Assembly (NCBI GenBank): GCA_902767395.1
Contig: CACXHI010000017.1
Span: forward strand, 1-33,683
DNA length: 33,683 nt
Direction: 5' to 3'
DNA from: Oscillospiraceae bacterium
GTDB taxonomy: Bacteria; Bacillota; Clostridia; Oscillospirales; Oscillospiraceae
Under the pieces are notes generated by a model that was not told where the DNA came from, made no database searches, and saw nothing but the letters and a program-made list of their open reading frames with translations. Shown here in pieces: positions 7,751-17,598 of this stretch. Each line of letters starts with the position of its first letter. Position 1 is the stretch's first letter. The translations under genes were made by a program, and so were the position numbers.

Positions 7751-9109
7751 CTACAACAAAATGTCCGACAGGGCGTTGAGACGGCGGTGCCCTGCGATGA
7801 CCACCACCCGGTCGCCGGGGAGGATCACGTCGCTGCCGCTTGGAATGATGGCCTTGCGATCCCGGAGAATCCCGGCAATCAGGATGTTCTTCTTCAAACG
7901 AAGATCCTTGAGCGGGACGTGGGTGAAGTCCGCCGCGCTGCAGACGATGAATTCCAGCGCTTCGGCTTTTCCGTCCATGAGCTGGTAGAGGTTTTCGATG
8001 GACGAGCCCTTGGAGGACTCCAGCGCGCGGGCATAGCGCAACACCACATTTACCACCACGTCCTTCGGAGATACGACGCTTTCCAGTCCCATTTGTTCCG
8101 CCATGCGCACCATTTCGTCGCGGTTGATCTTGGCAATGACCTGACTGACGTGTTGGAGTCTGGCGTGGTAGGCCAGCAGCAGATTCTCCTCATCCATCCC
8201 GGTCAGAGAGACGAACGCATCCTGATCGGACAGGCCGGACTCTTGCAGAAGCTCCTGATGCGTCCCGTCGCCGCAGAAGGCGGAAACGCCCGGCATTGCG
8301 TCGGTAAACCGGTGGCAAATGGCCCGATCGGATTCAATGAGAATGACGTTGGAGCCGGACGAGAGCAGCATCTTTGAAAGGTAGAAGGCAATCCGGCTGC
8401 CACCGATGAGCATGACGTTTTTCGCCTGCCGCTTGGCAAGGCCGGTGGCCTTCAAAAGCTTCCACAGCTCCGTGCGGTCGGCAGTCAGACCGATGCGGTC
8501 CCCGCCCTGCAATATGAAATCGCCGCGCGGAATCACAACCTCGGAGTCGCGCTGCACCACGCAGATCAGGAACTTGGCCTTGAAGCGGTCACGCAGATTC
8601 ATCAGCTTCTGCCCGACCAGCGGGGAATCCGCCTTGAGCCGTAGCTCGATCATCTCAAAGTTGCGCCGGGAAAAGGTTTCGATTTTGGATGCGGCGGGGA
8701 GCTTCAGAATATGGAGCAGCTCCTGTGCGGTCAAGAGCTCCGGATTGATGGACATGGAGAGGTCCAATTGCTGACGCAGAAAGCTCAGGGATTTGTCGTG
8801 ATACTGGGGGTTGCGGATGCGGGCAATCGTGTGGGCTGCGCCCATCCGTTTTGACAGATAGCACATGAGCATATTCAGCTCGTCCGAGCCGGTCACAGCG
8901 ATGACAAGGTCAGATCTCTCTACCCCGGCGTCCTGCAAAGCCTCGCAGTCGGCGCCGTTTCCGTTGACGCACATGACGTCAAATTGATTCGTGAGATCGT
9001 CAAGCACCTCCTGTCGATTGTCCATTGCGACCAAATCGTGGCCTTCGGCAACCAGCGCGCTCAGCAGAGCGACACCGATTTTCCCGCAGCCCACAAGAAT
9101 GATTCTCAT
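7751..9109 (-). CDS. trkA: Trk system NAD-binding regulatory subunit TrkA (double RCK)
   Basis: 452 aa with two Rossmann-type RCK repeats (MRIILVGCGKIG... and NVMLIGGSRIA...). The TAG stop lies inside the trkH SD region. Confidence 0.9.
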   Translation of the reverse strand: MRIILVGCGKIGVALLSALVAEGHDLVAMDNRQEVLDDLTNQFDVMCVNGNGADCEALQDAGVERSDLVIAVTGSDELNMLMCYLSKRMGAAHTIARIRNPQYHDKSLSFLRQQLDLSMSINPELLTAQELLHILKLPAASKIETFSRRNFEMIELRLKADSPLVGQKLMNLRDRFKAKFLICVVQRDSEVVIPRGDFILQGGDRIGLTADRTELWKLLKATGLAKRQAKNVMLIGGSRIAFYLSKMLLSSGSNVILIESDRAICHRFTDAMPGVSAFCGDGTHQELLQESGLSDQDAFVSLTGMDEENLLLAYHARLQHVSQVIAKINRDEMVRMAEQMGLESVVSPKDVVVNVVLRYARALESSKGSSIENLYQLMDGKAEALEFIVCSAADFTHVPLKDLRLKKNILIAGILRDRKAIIPSGSDVILPGDRVVVIAGHRRLNALSDILL

Positions 9110-9166
9110 TGCGTTAAAACACTCCTTGCGATGTGAAATGTTGCGTGAATCCGTCCGGGACGCGGT

Positions 9167-9814
9167 TCAGCGGATATGGAAGCACTTCTGAATGGACTTC
9201 CGATCCCCCACGGCGAACACAACGTCGCCGTCTCGGAAGGAATCGTCCGGTCCGGGAATTCTGACCTGCCCGGCCCGGCGCAGGGAAATGACGTTGACGC
9301 CGAACCTTCTGCGGATATCGAGCAGAGGCAGCGTCTTGCCAAACCACTCCGGCGGAACGACAATCTCATAGATCGCGTAACCACCGTCAAACTGAAGAAA
9401 GTCCAGGATTCTTTCCGAAGAGTATTTCGTCGCCAGCCGCAGGGCAACCTGCTTCCCCGGATAGACCACCTCGTCCGCCCCGTTGCGGAGCAGGAATTTC
9501 TCCTGAATCTCGTTTTTTGCGCGGGAGATGACCTGCTTCGCGCCGAGATCCTTCAGCAGAGAGGTCGTTTCCAGCGAGGTCTGGAAATTCTCGCTGATCG
9601 TAACGACGCACAGGTCGTAGTTGTCCACGCCCAGCGTGCGCAGAAAGCTGGGGTTGGTGCAGTCACCGATCTGCGCGTCGGTGACAAAGGGCATGACTGC
9701 GTTAATCAGGTTTTCCCGCACGTCTACGATCATAATTTCGTATCCCTGCGCATTCATCTGTCGGGCAAGCATGGAGCCGAAATTTCCGGCGCCCAGAATC
9801 AGAACAGATTTCAT
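9167..9814 (-). CDS. ktrA: KtrA/TrkA-N family K+ uptake peripheral subunit (single RCK)
   Basis: 215 aa, opening VLILGAGNFGSMLARQM..., with a C-terminal TrkA-C-like segment. GGAGG SD 7 nt upstream. Confidence 0.85.
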   Translation of the reverse strand: MKSVLILGAGNFGSMLARQMNAQGYEIMIVDVRENLINAVMPFVTDAQIGDCTNPSFLRTLGVDNYDLCVVTISENFQTSLETTSLLKDLGAKQVISRAKNEIQEKFLLRNGADEVVYPGKQVALRLATKYSSERILDFLQFDGGYAIYEIVVPPEWFGKTLPLLDIRRRFGVNVISLRRAGQVRIPGPDDSFRDGDVVFAVGDRKSIQKCFHIR

Positions 9815-9865
9815 CTCATTTCCTCCGGTAGCGGCGCACAGCGTGCGCCAAAAAGCAGTATGGGA

Positions 9866-11215
9866 TTATCCCACTGTGACGGTCTCCAGCGGCTTGCGGC
9901 CGGGAGGATTCTTTCCGCCGGGAAGCAGAGCATAAACCAGCGTCAGGGCGCCCACGCGCCCGAGGAACATCAGGAGCATCAGGATGATGCGCGAGGTCTG
10001 GTGCAGGCCGGGCGTGATTCCAAGGGTCAGACCCACGGTGCCTACGGCGGAGCCGGTTTCAAACATACAGGTCAGCAGAGGCAGCCCCTCCACCCGACAG
10101 AGCACCGCAGACCCGGTGGAAAACAGCATCAGATACAGAAAGAAAATGGTACCGGCGTTACGGATCACGTCCTGCCCGATCCGGCGTCGGAAGCACTCCA
10201 CGTCGTCCCGGCGGCGGAAGACGGTGGAACCCGCCAAAAAGAGAACGGCGACCGTCGTGGTCTTCATGCCGCCCGCCGTGGAGCCGGGGGAACCGCCGAT
10301 GAGCATCAGTACGATCATTTGCAGAATGCCCGGCTGGGACATTTGGGTGAGGTCGGTGGTGTTGAAGCCCGCCGTGCGGGTCGTTACGGACTGAAACAGG
10401 GAGAACAGCACCCGCTCTCTGAGCGGAAGCGTCCGGTATTCGAGCAGAAAATTGAGCACGGCGGGAATCAGAATCAACGTCGCTGAGGTGACCAGCACCA
10501 GCTTGGTCTGGAGCCGATAGCGACGTACGCGAAGTCCGTTTGTGCGCAGATCCTCCCAGACGAGGAAGCCGATTCCGCCGACGATAATCAGAAGCATGAT
10601 GACGGCGTTGACCCAAGGATCAGCGGCATAGCCGGTCAGCGAGGCGTATTTCTCCCGCACGCCCATGAGGTCGAAGCCCGCGTTGCAGAAGGCGGAAACG
10701 CTGTGGAACAGACTGTACCAGAGTCCCTTCCAGAAGCCGAAATCCCGCGCAAAGACCGGCAACAGCAAGGCGGCCCCGCCAAGCTCAATGCAAAACGAGC
10801 CTCGAATCAAAAAGCCCGTCCGCCGGACGATTCCACCCACCTGCGGCGCGGAGATGGACTGCTGCATCATGTTTCGCTGGGCGAGACTGATCCGACGTCC
10901 CGAGAGGCGGAAGAAGGTCACGGCAACCGTGATAACACCCAAGCCGCCGATCTGGATCAGCAGAAGGATCACGATCTGCCCCAGCAGCGACCAGTGCGTT
11001 GCCGTGTCGCGGACGACCAGTCCCGTGACGCAGGAGGCGGAGACCGCCGTAAAGAGCGTATCCCCGAATGGCGTCACGGTTCGGTCCCGGCTGCAGGCGG
11101 GCAGCATCAGGATCAGTGCGCCCAGAAGAATCAAGATCAAGAAGCCCACCAGAATGACCTGAAACGAGGAGGTTGTACGGTTTTTGGACTTCCCATGCAG
11201 AAAACCGGGTTTCAA
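9866..11215 (-). CDS. ktrB: KtrB/TrkH-family K+ transporter membrane subunit
   Basis: 449 aa. FTAVSASCVTGL, FCNAGFD, TTRTAGFN and GGSPGSTAGGMK pore-loop motifs. TTG start 8 nt after GGAGAGGAGG. Confidence 0.85.
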   Translation of the reverse strand: MKPGFLHGKSKNRTTSSFQVILVGFLILILLGALILMLPACSRDRTVTPFGDTLFTAVSASCVTGLVVRDTATHWSLLGQIVILLLIQIGGLGVITVAVTFFRLSGRRISLAQRNMMQQSISAPQVGGIVRRTGFLIRGSFCIELGGAALLLPVFARDFGFWKGLWYSLFHSVSAFCNAGFDLMGVREKYASLTGYAADPWVNAVIMLLIIVGGIGFLVWEDLRTNGLRVRRYRLQTKLVLVTSATLILIPAVLNFLLEYRTLPLRERVLFSLFQSVTTRTAGFNTTDLTQMSQPGILQMIVLMLIGGSPGSTAGGMKTTTVAVLFLAGSTVFRRRDDVECFRRRIGQDVIRNAGTIFFLYLMLFSTGSAVLCRVEGLPLLTCMFETGSAVGTVGLTLGITPGLHQTSRIILMLLMFLGRVGALTLVYALLPGGKNPPGRKPLETVTVG

Positions 11216-11254
11216 GGCAGCGGCCTCCTCTCCAAAGCGATGGTGTGTTTGCGG

Positions 11255-12652
11255 CTATGCAAGCTGCTTGGAATGCTCGAAGCCGTGAATCCAGTCGGAG
11301 CGCAGATAATAGATCAGATAGATTACCGAGCTGATGAACCAGGTCAGCGGATAGGCCCAGAAGAGCCAGATGATGTTGTGGTCAATGTGCATGGCGATTG
11401 TGATGTAGGTGATACGAAGCACACACCAGATTGCCAGCATAATAAACATCGGCACAAAGGCCTTGCCCGCGCCGCGGCAGATGCCGGCGATGCAGTGCGA
11501 GAAGGACAAAAGACAGTAGAACAGGGCCTCAATGTGCGCCTGCCGAACGCCAATGGCGATGGATTCCGGGTCCTTGACGAAAATGGAGATCAGCGGCTTG
11601 GCGAAGACGAAGACGACCACGCCGATCAGCTCGGCCATCAGCATGGCCGACCAGATGCCGAAGCGCGCGCCCTGTCTGGCCCGGTCATAGGCCTTTGCCC
11701 CGAGATTCTGCCCAATGTAGGTGGTCAGCGCCATCGAGAAGGAGGTGATGGGAAGGAAGGCGAAGCCCTCGATCTTGGAGTAAGCACCGCAGGCGGCGGT
11801 TCCGACCTTGTCAAAGGTATTGATGTTGGACTGCACCATCACGTTGGCCAAGCCGATCACGGAATTCTGTACGCCGGTTGGCAGACCGTAGCGAAGGATC
11901 TCCCGCAGGGACCAGCGATCCATCCGCAGTTTGGACCAGCTCAGGGCATAGACCGTACCGCGCTTAGAGAGCTGCCGCAGACAGAGCAGAGCGGAGATGG
12001 ACTGGGAAATCGTGGTGGCAATGGCCGCCCAGCGGATGTCCAGCCCCATCGGGCCGAGAAACAGCCAGTCCAAAAAGACGTTGGTGACGGACGAGACAAT
12101 CAAAAAGTACAGCGGCCGTCGGCTGTCGCCCACCGCGTTCATAATGCCCTTGAAGGTGTTGTACATCACAAGGGCGAGAGAGCCGAGAAAATAGTAGCGC
12201 AGATAGGGAATGGCGTAGGGCTGTACCACTGGGTCGAGCCGCATCCAGCCGGGAATGTAGGAGGCCAGCAGCGAGCCCATCAGCGTCAACGTCAGTCCGC
12301 AGATCAGACTGACCAGAACGGCAGTGTGCGTGGCCTGCGACATGCGCGCATGGTTTCCCGCGCCGAAGTACCGGCTGATGACCACGCCCGCGCCCATAGA
12401 GGCGCCGACGAAGAAGCTGATCATCAAAAAGACCAGACTGCCCGAGGAGGTGACGGCGGAGAAAGCCTCGTCTCCCAGATATTTGCTGACGATCCATGCG
12501 TCGGCCGTGTTGTAGAGCTGCTGAAAAAGCTGGCTCAAAAAAATCGGGAAGGCGAAGGCTGTAATCACCTTGCGGGGAGCGCCCTCTGTCAGCAGCGTGG
12601 AATCCCGGTGATGGTGATGCGGTGCGTGAAAGTGTAAAAACTTGTAGGGCAT
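11255..12652 (-). CDS. MATE family efflux transporter
   Basis: Twelve-TM-type ORF with the MATE N-terminal pattern ITAFAFPIFLSQLFQQLYNTADAWIV. ATG 12652 (MPYKFL...) follows a GGGAGAG SD; the track start at 12676 is the alternative. TAG stop. Confidence 0.85.
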   Translation of the reverse strand: MPYKFLHFHAPHHHHRDSTLLTEGAPRKVITAFAFPIFLSQLFQQLYNTADAWIVSKYLGDEAFSAVTSSGSLVFLMISFFVGASMGAGVVISRYFGAGNHARMSQATHTAVLVSLICGLTLTLMGSLLASYIPGWMRLDPVVQPYAIPYLRYYFLGSLALVMYNTFKGIMNAVGDSRRPLYFLIVSSVTNVFLDWLFLGPMGLDIRWAAIATTISQSISALLCLRQLSKRGTVYALSWSKLRMDRWSLREILRYGLPTGVQNSVIGLANVMVQSNINTFDKVGTAACGAYSKIEGFAFLPITSFSMALTTYIGQNLGAKAYDRARQGARFGIWSAMLMAELIGVVVFVFAKPLISIFVKDPESIAIGVRQAHIEALFYCLLSFSHCIAGICRGAGKAFVPMFIMLAIWCVLRITYITIAMHIDHNIIWLFWAYPLTWFISSVIYLIYYLRSDWIHGFEHSKQLA

Positions 12653-12817
12653 GACGAAACTCTCTTTCTCTCCCAAAACAGGCGGCTGCCGCCAGATGGC
12701 AACAGAACTGCAATCATACGATAGTCTTTTTATTCTACATGAAATCAGAGAATTTGTAAAGAGGTTTGCCGCGGATTTCTCAGGTTATTTTGTCGCCGGC
12801 CAACGAACAATTTTTCC

Positions 12818-12846
12818 TTGCCTCCGCTTTGAAATTGTGCTACAAT
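12818..12846 (+). promoter_or_regulatory. sigma-A-like promoter for the DUF1846 gene (TTGCCT-N17-TACAAT, TGn extended -10)
   Basis: TTGCCT 12818-12823, TG 12838-12839, TACAAT 12841-12846, 30 nt upstream of ATG 12876. Confidence 0.5.
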
Positions 12847-12875
12847 GTAAGAGTGTGATAAAGGAGGGAAGGCCC

Positions 12876-14363
12876 ATGCGGAACATGATCGGGTTTGACA
12901 ATCAGATGTATTTAGAGATGCAATCCGCTCGCATCCGAGAGCGGATTGACCAGTTTGGCGGCAAGCTTTATCTGGAGTTTGGCGGCAAACTGTTTGACGA
13001 CTACCATGCGTCCCGTGTGCTGCCCGGTTTTGCCCCGGACAGCAAGATCCGAATGCTTCTTGAGCTGAGGGACTCTGCGGAAGTCGTCATTCCCATCAAC
13101 GCCGCAGCCATCGAGCAGAACAAGGTTCGCGGCGACCTCGGCATTACTTATGATGAGGACGTGCTCCGCCTGATCGACGCCTTCCGCGCCGAGGGCCTCT
13201 TTGTGGGCGGCGTGGTCATTACGCAGTACGCCGGGCAGTGCGCGGCGGACGTGTTCCGCCGTCGGTTGGAGCATCTGGGGATCAAGGTCTATACCCACTA
13301 TCCCATCGAGGGCTATCCGCACAATATTGCCCGGATTGTCTCCGCCGAGGGCTATGGGAAGAACGATTTTATCGAGACCAGTCACCCCCTTGTGGTCGTC
13401 ACGGCCCCCGGCCCCGGCTCGGGAAAAATGGCAACCTGCCTGAGTCAGCTCTACCACCACTACGAGCGGAGCGAGACTGCGGGCTATGCCAAATTTGAGA
13501 CCTTCCCGATCTGGAACCTGCCGCTGAAGCATCCGGTGAATTTGGCCTATGAGGCGGCCACTGCCGATCTCAACGACGTGAATATGATCGATCCCTTCCA
13601 TCTGGCGGCCTACGGGGAAACCACAGTCAACTATAACCGCGACGTGGAGGTTTTCCCGGTTTTACAGGCTATTTTCGAGAAGATCATGGGAAAGTGCCCC
13701 TACAAGTCCCCTACGGACATGGGTGTGAACATGGTCGGCAACTGCATCGTGGAGGACGACGTGGTCTGCGAGGCTTCCCGGCAGGAGATCGTACGGCGCT
13801 ACTATGCCGCCCTGTGCGACCAGCGCAAGGGTACGGGCAGCGACGAGACGGTGTTCAAGCTGGAGCTTCTGATGAAGCAGGCCGGCGTGACGCCGGCCAT
13901 TCGTCCTGTGGTTGCCCGCGCAACGCAGGCCGAGGAGCAGACCGGCGAGCCGGTGGTCTGCATCCATCTGCCAAACGGCGAGTTGGTGGTCGGCGGCACC
14001 TCGGAGCTGATGGGTCCGGCGGCAGCGGCGCTTTTGAATGCGGTCAAGTCATTGGCCCACATCGAGCAGCACCGACATCTGATCGCCCGCAGCGCCATCG
14101 AGCCGATTCAGAGTCTTAAGACCAAGTACCTCGGCGGCAGAAACCCCCGCCTGCACTCCGACGAGGTTTTGATTGCCCTTGCCATTTCCGCCTCCACCGA
14201 CGAGTTTGCGGCCAAGGCGATGAAGAAGCTGCCGCGCCTGCGCGACTGCGAGGTGCATTCCACCGTGATTCTCAGCGAGCAGGACGCCGCCACCTACAAG
14301 CGTCTCGGAATGCGGGTCACCTGCACGCCGAAGTATCAGAGCAATAACCTGTTCCACAAGTAA
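12876..14363 (+). CDS. DUF1846 / UPF0371 family protein (function unknown)
   Basis: The track ORF begins at 12651, but ATG 12876 follows AAGGAGGG. From there MRNMIGFDNQMYLEMQSARIRERIDQFGGKLYLEFGGKLFDDYHASRVLPGF matches the conserved UPF0371 N-terminus, giving 495 aa. Confidence 0.85.
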   Translation: MRNMIGFDNQMYLEMQSARIRERIDQFGGKLYLEFGGKLFDDYHASRVLPGFAPDSKIRMLLELRDSAEVVIPINAAAIEQNKVRGDLGITYDEDVLRLIDAFRAEGLFVGGVVITQYAGQCAADVFRRRLEHLGIKVYTHYPIEGYPHNIARIVSAEGYGKNDFIETSHPLVVVTAPGPGSGKMATCLSQLYHHYERSETAGYAKFETFPIWNLPLKHPVNLAYEAATADLNDVNMIDPFHLAAYGETTVNYNRDVEVFPVLQAIFEKIMGKCPYKSPTDMGVNMVGNCIVEDDVVCEASRQEIVRRYYAALCDQRKGTGSDETVFKLELLMKQAGVTPAIRPVVARATQAEEQTGEPVVCIHLPNGELVVGGTSELMGPAAAALLNAVKSLAHIEQHRHLIARSAIEPIQSLKTKYLGGRNPRLHSDEVLIALAISASTDEFAAKAMKKLPRLRDCEVHSTVILSEQDAATYKRLGMRVTCTPKYQSNNLFHK

Positions 14364-14371
14364 GTGGACGG

Positions 14372-14418
14372 AAAACCGCCCCCTGCGTGAACGCAAACGT
14401 CACGCAGGGGGCGGTTTT
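14372..14418. terminator. bidirectional rho-independent terminator
   Basis: AAAACCGCCCCCTGCGTGA / 9-nt loop / TCACGCAGGGGGCGGTTTT: a GC-rich stem flanked by an A-run and a T-run, between convergent genes ending at 14363 and 14423. Confidence 0.85.
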
Positions 14419-14422
14419 TGGC

Positions 14423-15139
14423 TTATCGAAACACGGCGCCGTCGGCGTCATAGATCTCCAGCCTGCGGCAGCGGACGAGATCCGGCTTGTACGTGGGCAG
14501 GTGGGTTTCAATGGCTGTCGCCAGCAGCAGGGGATTCAGCGTCGGATTCTGCGCGGCAACCACCGCCTCGACGCTCAGCGTGGAGGCGCGTTCCTCCTTC
14601 GTCCTTTCGAGCGAAGCGAGAAATCCGTCTCCCGCGTTCTCTGGCGTCTGCAAAACAGACAAGTCCCGAAGCATCGGGGCGATGTCCATCTCGGTCGGAC
14701 CCTTCTTGCCAAACTTCTCCACGACCAGCGACGGACGGGCAAAGAGGGCCGTCAGCGCGGCCTCCGCATCCGCGGGAACGCCGCCGTCGTAGGTGAGCGT
14801 CAGACGCGCCCGCAGCCATGCGAGCTTGCCGGCCTTCTTCCCGCCCTCGTAGCTCTCCAGCGCCCGCAGTCCGGCGGGAAGCACCGGGGCCATGCGGGCC
14901 GCTACCTCCTTAATGGGGACGGGGCAGCCCTCCGCCAGCGTGAATTCCGCCAGCTCGCACTGGCTCTCCACGCCCACGGACAGGGGCATCAGAATCGACA
15001 GCTCGGGATGCGGCGTGAAGCCCTGACTGTGCTTGAGGTCGATTCCCGCGCGGCGGAAGCAGCGCATCAGGGCGCGCATCAGATCCAGATGGGAGGACCA
15101 GACCGCGACGCCCTCCTTTGTAAACCGCAATCTACCCAT
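14423..15139 (-). CDS. TIGR03936 (DUF2344) radical-SAM-associated protein
   Basis: 238 aa, opening RLRFTKEGVAVWSSHLDLMRALMRCFRRAGIDLKHSQGFTPHP, typical of this family. Its ATG overlaps the TAG stop of the upstream radical SAM gene (ATGGGTAG). Confidence 0.8.
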   Translation of the reverse strand: MGRLRFTKEGVAVWSSHLDLMRALMRCFRRAGIDLKHSQGFTPHPELSILMPLSVGVESQCELAEFTLAEGCPVPIKEVAARMAPVLPAGLRALESYEGGKKAGKLAWLRARLTLTYDGGVPADAEAALTALFARPSLVVEKFGKKGPTEMDIAPMLRDLSVLQTPENAGDGFLASLERTKEERASTLSVEAVVAAQNPTLNPLLLATAIETHLPTYKPDLVRCRRLEIYDADGAVFR

Positions 15140-16979
15140 CGCAGACGCCTCCCTCCAGCAGACAGTTGGCCCCGCAGCCTGCGCAGCCGTGCCGGCAGTC
15201 CGGGGTGATCTCCGAGCGGTAAGCCCGCTCCCGCTCCCGCAGGAGGAAGCTCTTGCGCACGCCGGGGTCGATCGTGTCCCACGGCAGCACCTCGTCGAGT
15301 CCGAAGCCCCGCGTGGTATAGAAATGCCGATCTACTCCGCAGTCCTGCAATGCCGCGATCCACTTGTCATAGTCAAAGTATTCCATCCAGCCGTCGAGCT
15401 TGGCCCCGCGCCGCCACGCGGCCTCGATGACCGCCCCGAGCCGCCGGTCGCCCCGCGCCAGCATGGCCTCCAGCTCGGAAAGCTGGGCCTCGTGGTAGTT
15501 AAACTCCACGCTCTTGTTGTTCAGATGCTCCTTGAGCAGCTTGCAGCGCCGCAGATACTCCTCCGGGGTCGTCTGGGCCTCCCACTGGAAGCCCGTGAAC
15601 GGCTTCGGGACGAAGAAAGCCACGGCGACGTGGATGCGCACGCCCCGTTTCTTGTTCGAGGCATAGTCCTTCCAGGTGTTGTAGATTTTGTAGACCAGCT
15701 CGGCAATGCCCAGCACTTCCTCGTCGGTCTCCGTCGGCAGGCCCAGCATGAAGTAGAGCTTTACGTTGTTCCAGCCGCCCGCAAAGGCGATTTGGCAGGT
15801 TGTCAGGATGTCTTCCTCGGTGACGTTCTTGTTGATGGCGTCGCGCAGACGCTGCGTTCCGGCCTCGGCGGCGAAGGTCAGACCGCTCTTGCGCACCTTT
15901 TGGAGCTTGAGCATCAAATCGCGGGAGAAATTGTCCGCCCGCAGCGAGGGAACGGACATGTTGATCTTCCGCGCGACGCAGTACTCTGTCAGCCGGTCGG
16001 TCAGCGGTTCGAGGTACTTGTAGTCCGAGGTCGAGAGGCTGGAGAGGGTGATCTCGCTGTCGCCGGAAAATTCCAGCGCGTGAACCGCCTGTTCATAGAG
16101 GGTTTCCGGCGTCCGTGGCCGGACGGGGCGGTAGGTATAGCCTGCCTGACAGAAGCGGCAGCCCCGGATACAGCCGCGCATGACCTCCAGATTCATCCGG
16201 TCATGGACGATTTCGGTCATCGGGACGATCGGCTCCGTGGGATACCAGGCCGCGTCCAGATTCTGCACGATCCGTTTCGTCACGGTCTTCGGCGCGCCGG
16301 GCAGGGGCACAATGGCCTCCAGCGTCCCGTCCGGCTTGTAGCGGTGTTCATAGTGGGAGGGCACGTAGACGCCGGGAATCTTTCCAACCTCCCAGAGAAA
16401 ATCCTGCTTGGAGAGGCCCTTCCGCTTGGCCTCGCGGTAGCAGTTGACAATCTCCACCGTGCTCTCTTCCCCCTCCCCGAGGGAGAAGAAGTCCACAAAG
16501 TCTGCCAGCGGCTCCGGGTTGTAGGTGCAGGCGCCGCCTGCAAAGACGACGTGCTGTAAACCGCTGCGCTCCGCTGCGTGCAGGGGGATTCCTGCCAGAT
16601 CGAGCATGGTCAGAATATTGGTGTAGCTCATCTCATAGCCCACGGAAAAGGCGATCATATCGAAGTCCACCACGGGGTCGTGGCTTTCGAGGGCATACAG
16701 GGGCAGACCGGCGGTGCGCATGGCGTCCTCCATATCGCCCCACGGGGTAAAGACGCGCTCACACCAGACGCCTTCCATCTGGTTGACAATGCCGTAGAGG
16801 ATGCGGATGCCCAGATTGGACATGCCGATCTCATAGGTGTCCGGGAAGCAAAAGGCCACGCGGGTATCGACCTCGCGCAGATTCTTCACGGTCTGGTTGT
16901 ATTCTCCGCCCACGTAGCGGGCCGGCTTTTGCACCGTGGGCAGAATGCGTTGGAGCAATTGGTCAATTTGTTCGTTCAT
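15132..16979 (-). CDS. TIGR03960-type B12-binding-domain radical SAM protein
   Basis: Conserved opening VQKPARYVGGEYN, radical SAM cluster motif CIRGCRFC (CX3CX2C), and a Cys-rich tail CRHGCAGCGANC. ATG 16979 (MNEQ...) follows GGGAG; the track start 17048 and ATG 17003 are alternatives. Confidence 0.85.
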   Translation of the reverse strand: MNEQIDQLLQRILPTVQKPARYVGGEYNQTVKNLREVDTRVAFCFPDTYEIGMSNLGIRILYGIVNQMEGVWCERVFTPWGDMEDAMRTAGLPLYALESHDPVVDFDMIAFSVGYEMSYTNILTMLDLAGIPLHAAERSGLQHVVFAGGACTYNPEPLADFVDFFSLGEGEESTVEIVNCYREAKRKGLSKQDFLWEVGKIPGVYVPSHYEHRYKPDGTLEAIVPLPGAPKTVTKRIVQNLDAAWYPTEPIVPMTEIVHDRMNLEVMRGCIRGCRFCQAGYTYRPVRPRTPETLYEQAVHALEFSGDSEITLSSLSTSDYKYLEPLTDRLTEYCVARKINMSVPSLRADNFSRDLMLKLQKVRKSGLTFAAEAGTQRLRDAINKNVTEEDILTTCQIAFAGGWNNVKLYFMLGLPTETDEEVLGIAELVYKIYNTWKDYASNKKRGVRIHVAVAFFVPKPFTGFQWEAQTTPEEYLRRCKLLKEHLNNKSVEFNYHEAQLSELEAMLARGDRRLGAVIEAAWRRGAKLDGWMEYFDYDKWIAALQDCGVDRHFYTTRGFGLDEVLPWDTIDPGVRKSFLLRERERAYRSEITPDCRHGCAGCGANCLLEGGVCDG

Positions 16980-17022
16980 AGCGTTCTCCCGTCCGTGTTC
17001 CATTGGAAACTCTCCTGCTATT

Positions 17023-17598
17023 TTACCAGCCTTCGCCCGGTTTCGCAAGAGGGTTTGGCAGCTTCCAGAGAAATATTCCCGCCAGAAGCACGGGCAGCAG
17101 TCCGTAGTGCAGGACGCAGGTGGCCCAGACGCCGCAGATTACAAGCGAGAAAAGCGTCAGCCAGTGCAGGATTTGACAGACGGTTTCTCCCGTGCTTCCC
17201 AGCCAGCAGGGGAGGAGCAGGGCGCAGAGCTTCCCCCCGTCGAGCATCGAAAGCGGCAAAAGGTTGCAGAAGCCGAGGGTCAGATTGCAGAGACTGAACA
17301 GCGGCCACGCCCTGAAAAAGAGCGCCGCCAGCAGGAGATTGACGCCCGGCCCGGCGGCAATGGCCCAAGCCTCCCGCATCTCCGAGCGGAGCTGTGCCCG
17401 GATGACCGCTCCCCCCGCACGCAGTTCCAGCGCCGACACTGGAACATGCAGCAGGGACAGAACACCGAGGTGCGCTGCCTCGTGGAGGGCCGAGGCCAGC
17501 AAAAAGGGCGGCAGCAGGTCCCACTCGTCCAGTAGCCAGAAGCAGGCCAGCGCAGCCCAAAAACCGCCTGTGGTCGTGACGCGAAAGCCCTTGCTCAT
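17023..17598 (-). CDS. minimal M50 (site-2 protease / SpoIVFB-like) membrane metalloprotease
   Basis: HEAAH (HExxH) and NLLPLSMLDGG (NxxPxxxLDG) motifs in hydrophobic helices. Only about 190 aa, with no CBS or PDZ domain. ATG 17598 forms an ATGA overlap with the upstream small ORF; the track extension to 17778 is G/A/R-rich and unlikely to be coding. Confidence 0.75.
   Translation of the reverse strand: MSKGFRVTTTGGFWAALACFWLLDEWDLLPPFLLASALHEAAHLGVLSLLHVPVSALELRAGGAVIRAQLRSEMREAWAIAAGPGVNLLLAALFFRAWPLFSLCNLTLGFCNLLPLSMLDGGKLCALLLPCWLGSTGETVCQILHWLTLFSLVICGVWATCVLHYGLLPVLLAGIFLWKLPNPLAKPGEGW

Noticed and set aside
9831-9850. Small hairpin GGCGCAC-AGC-GTGCGCC between ktrB and ktrA as a terminator.
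   Set aside because: On the transcribed (minus) strand the T-run precedes rather than follows the stem, and ktrA follows immediately with its own SD. It is probably incidental.
9110-11254. c-di-AMP (ydaO/kimA-type) riboswitch or other leader RNA upstream of the K+ transporter genes.
   Set aside because: The intergenic gaps (39-56 nt) are too short for such an element and no conserved structure is visible.
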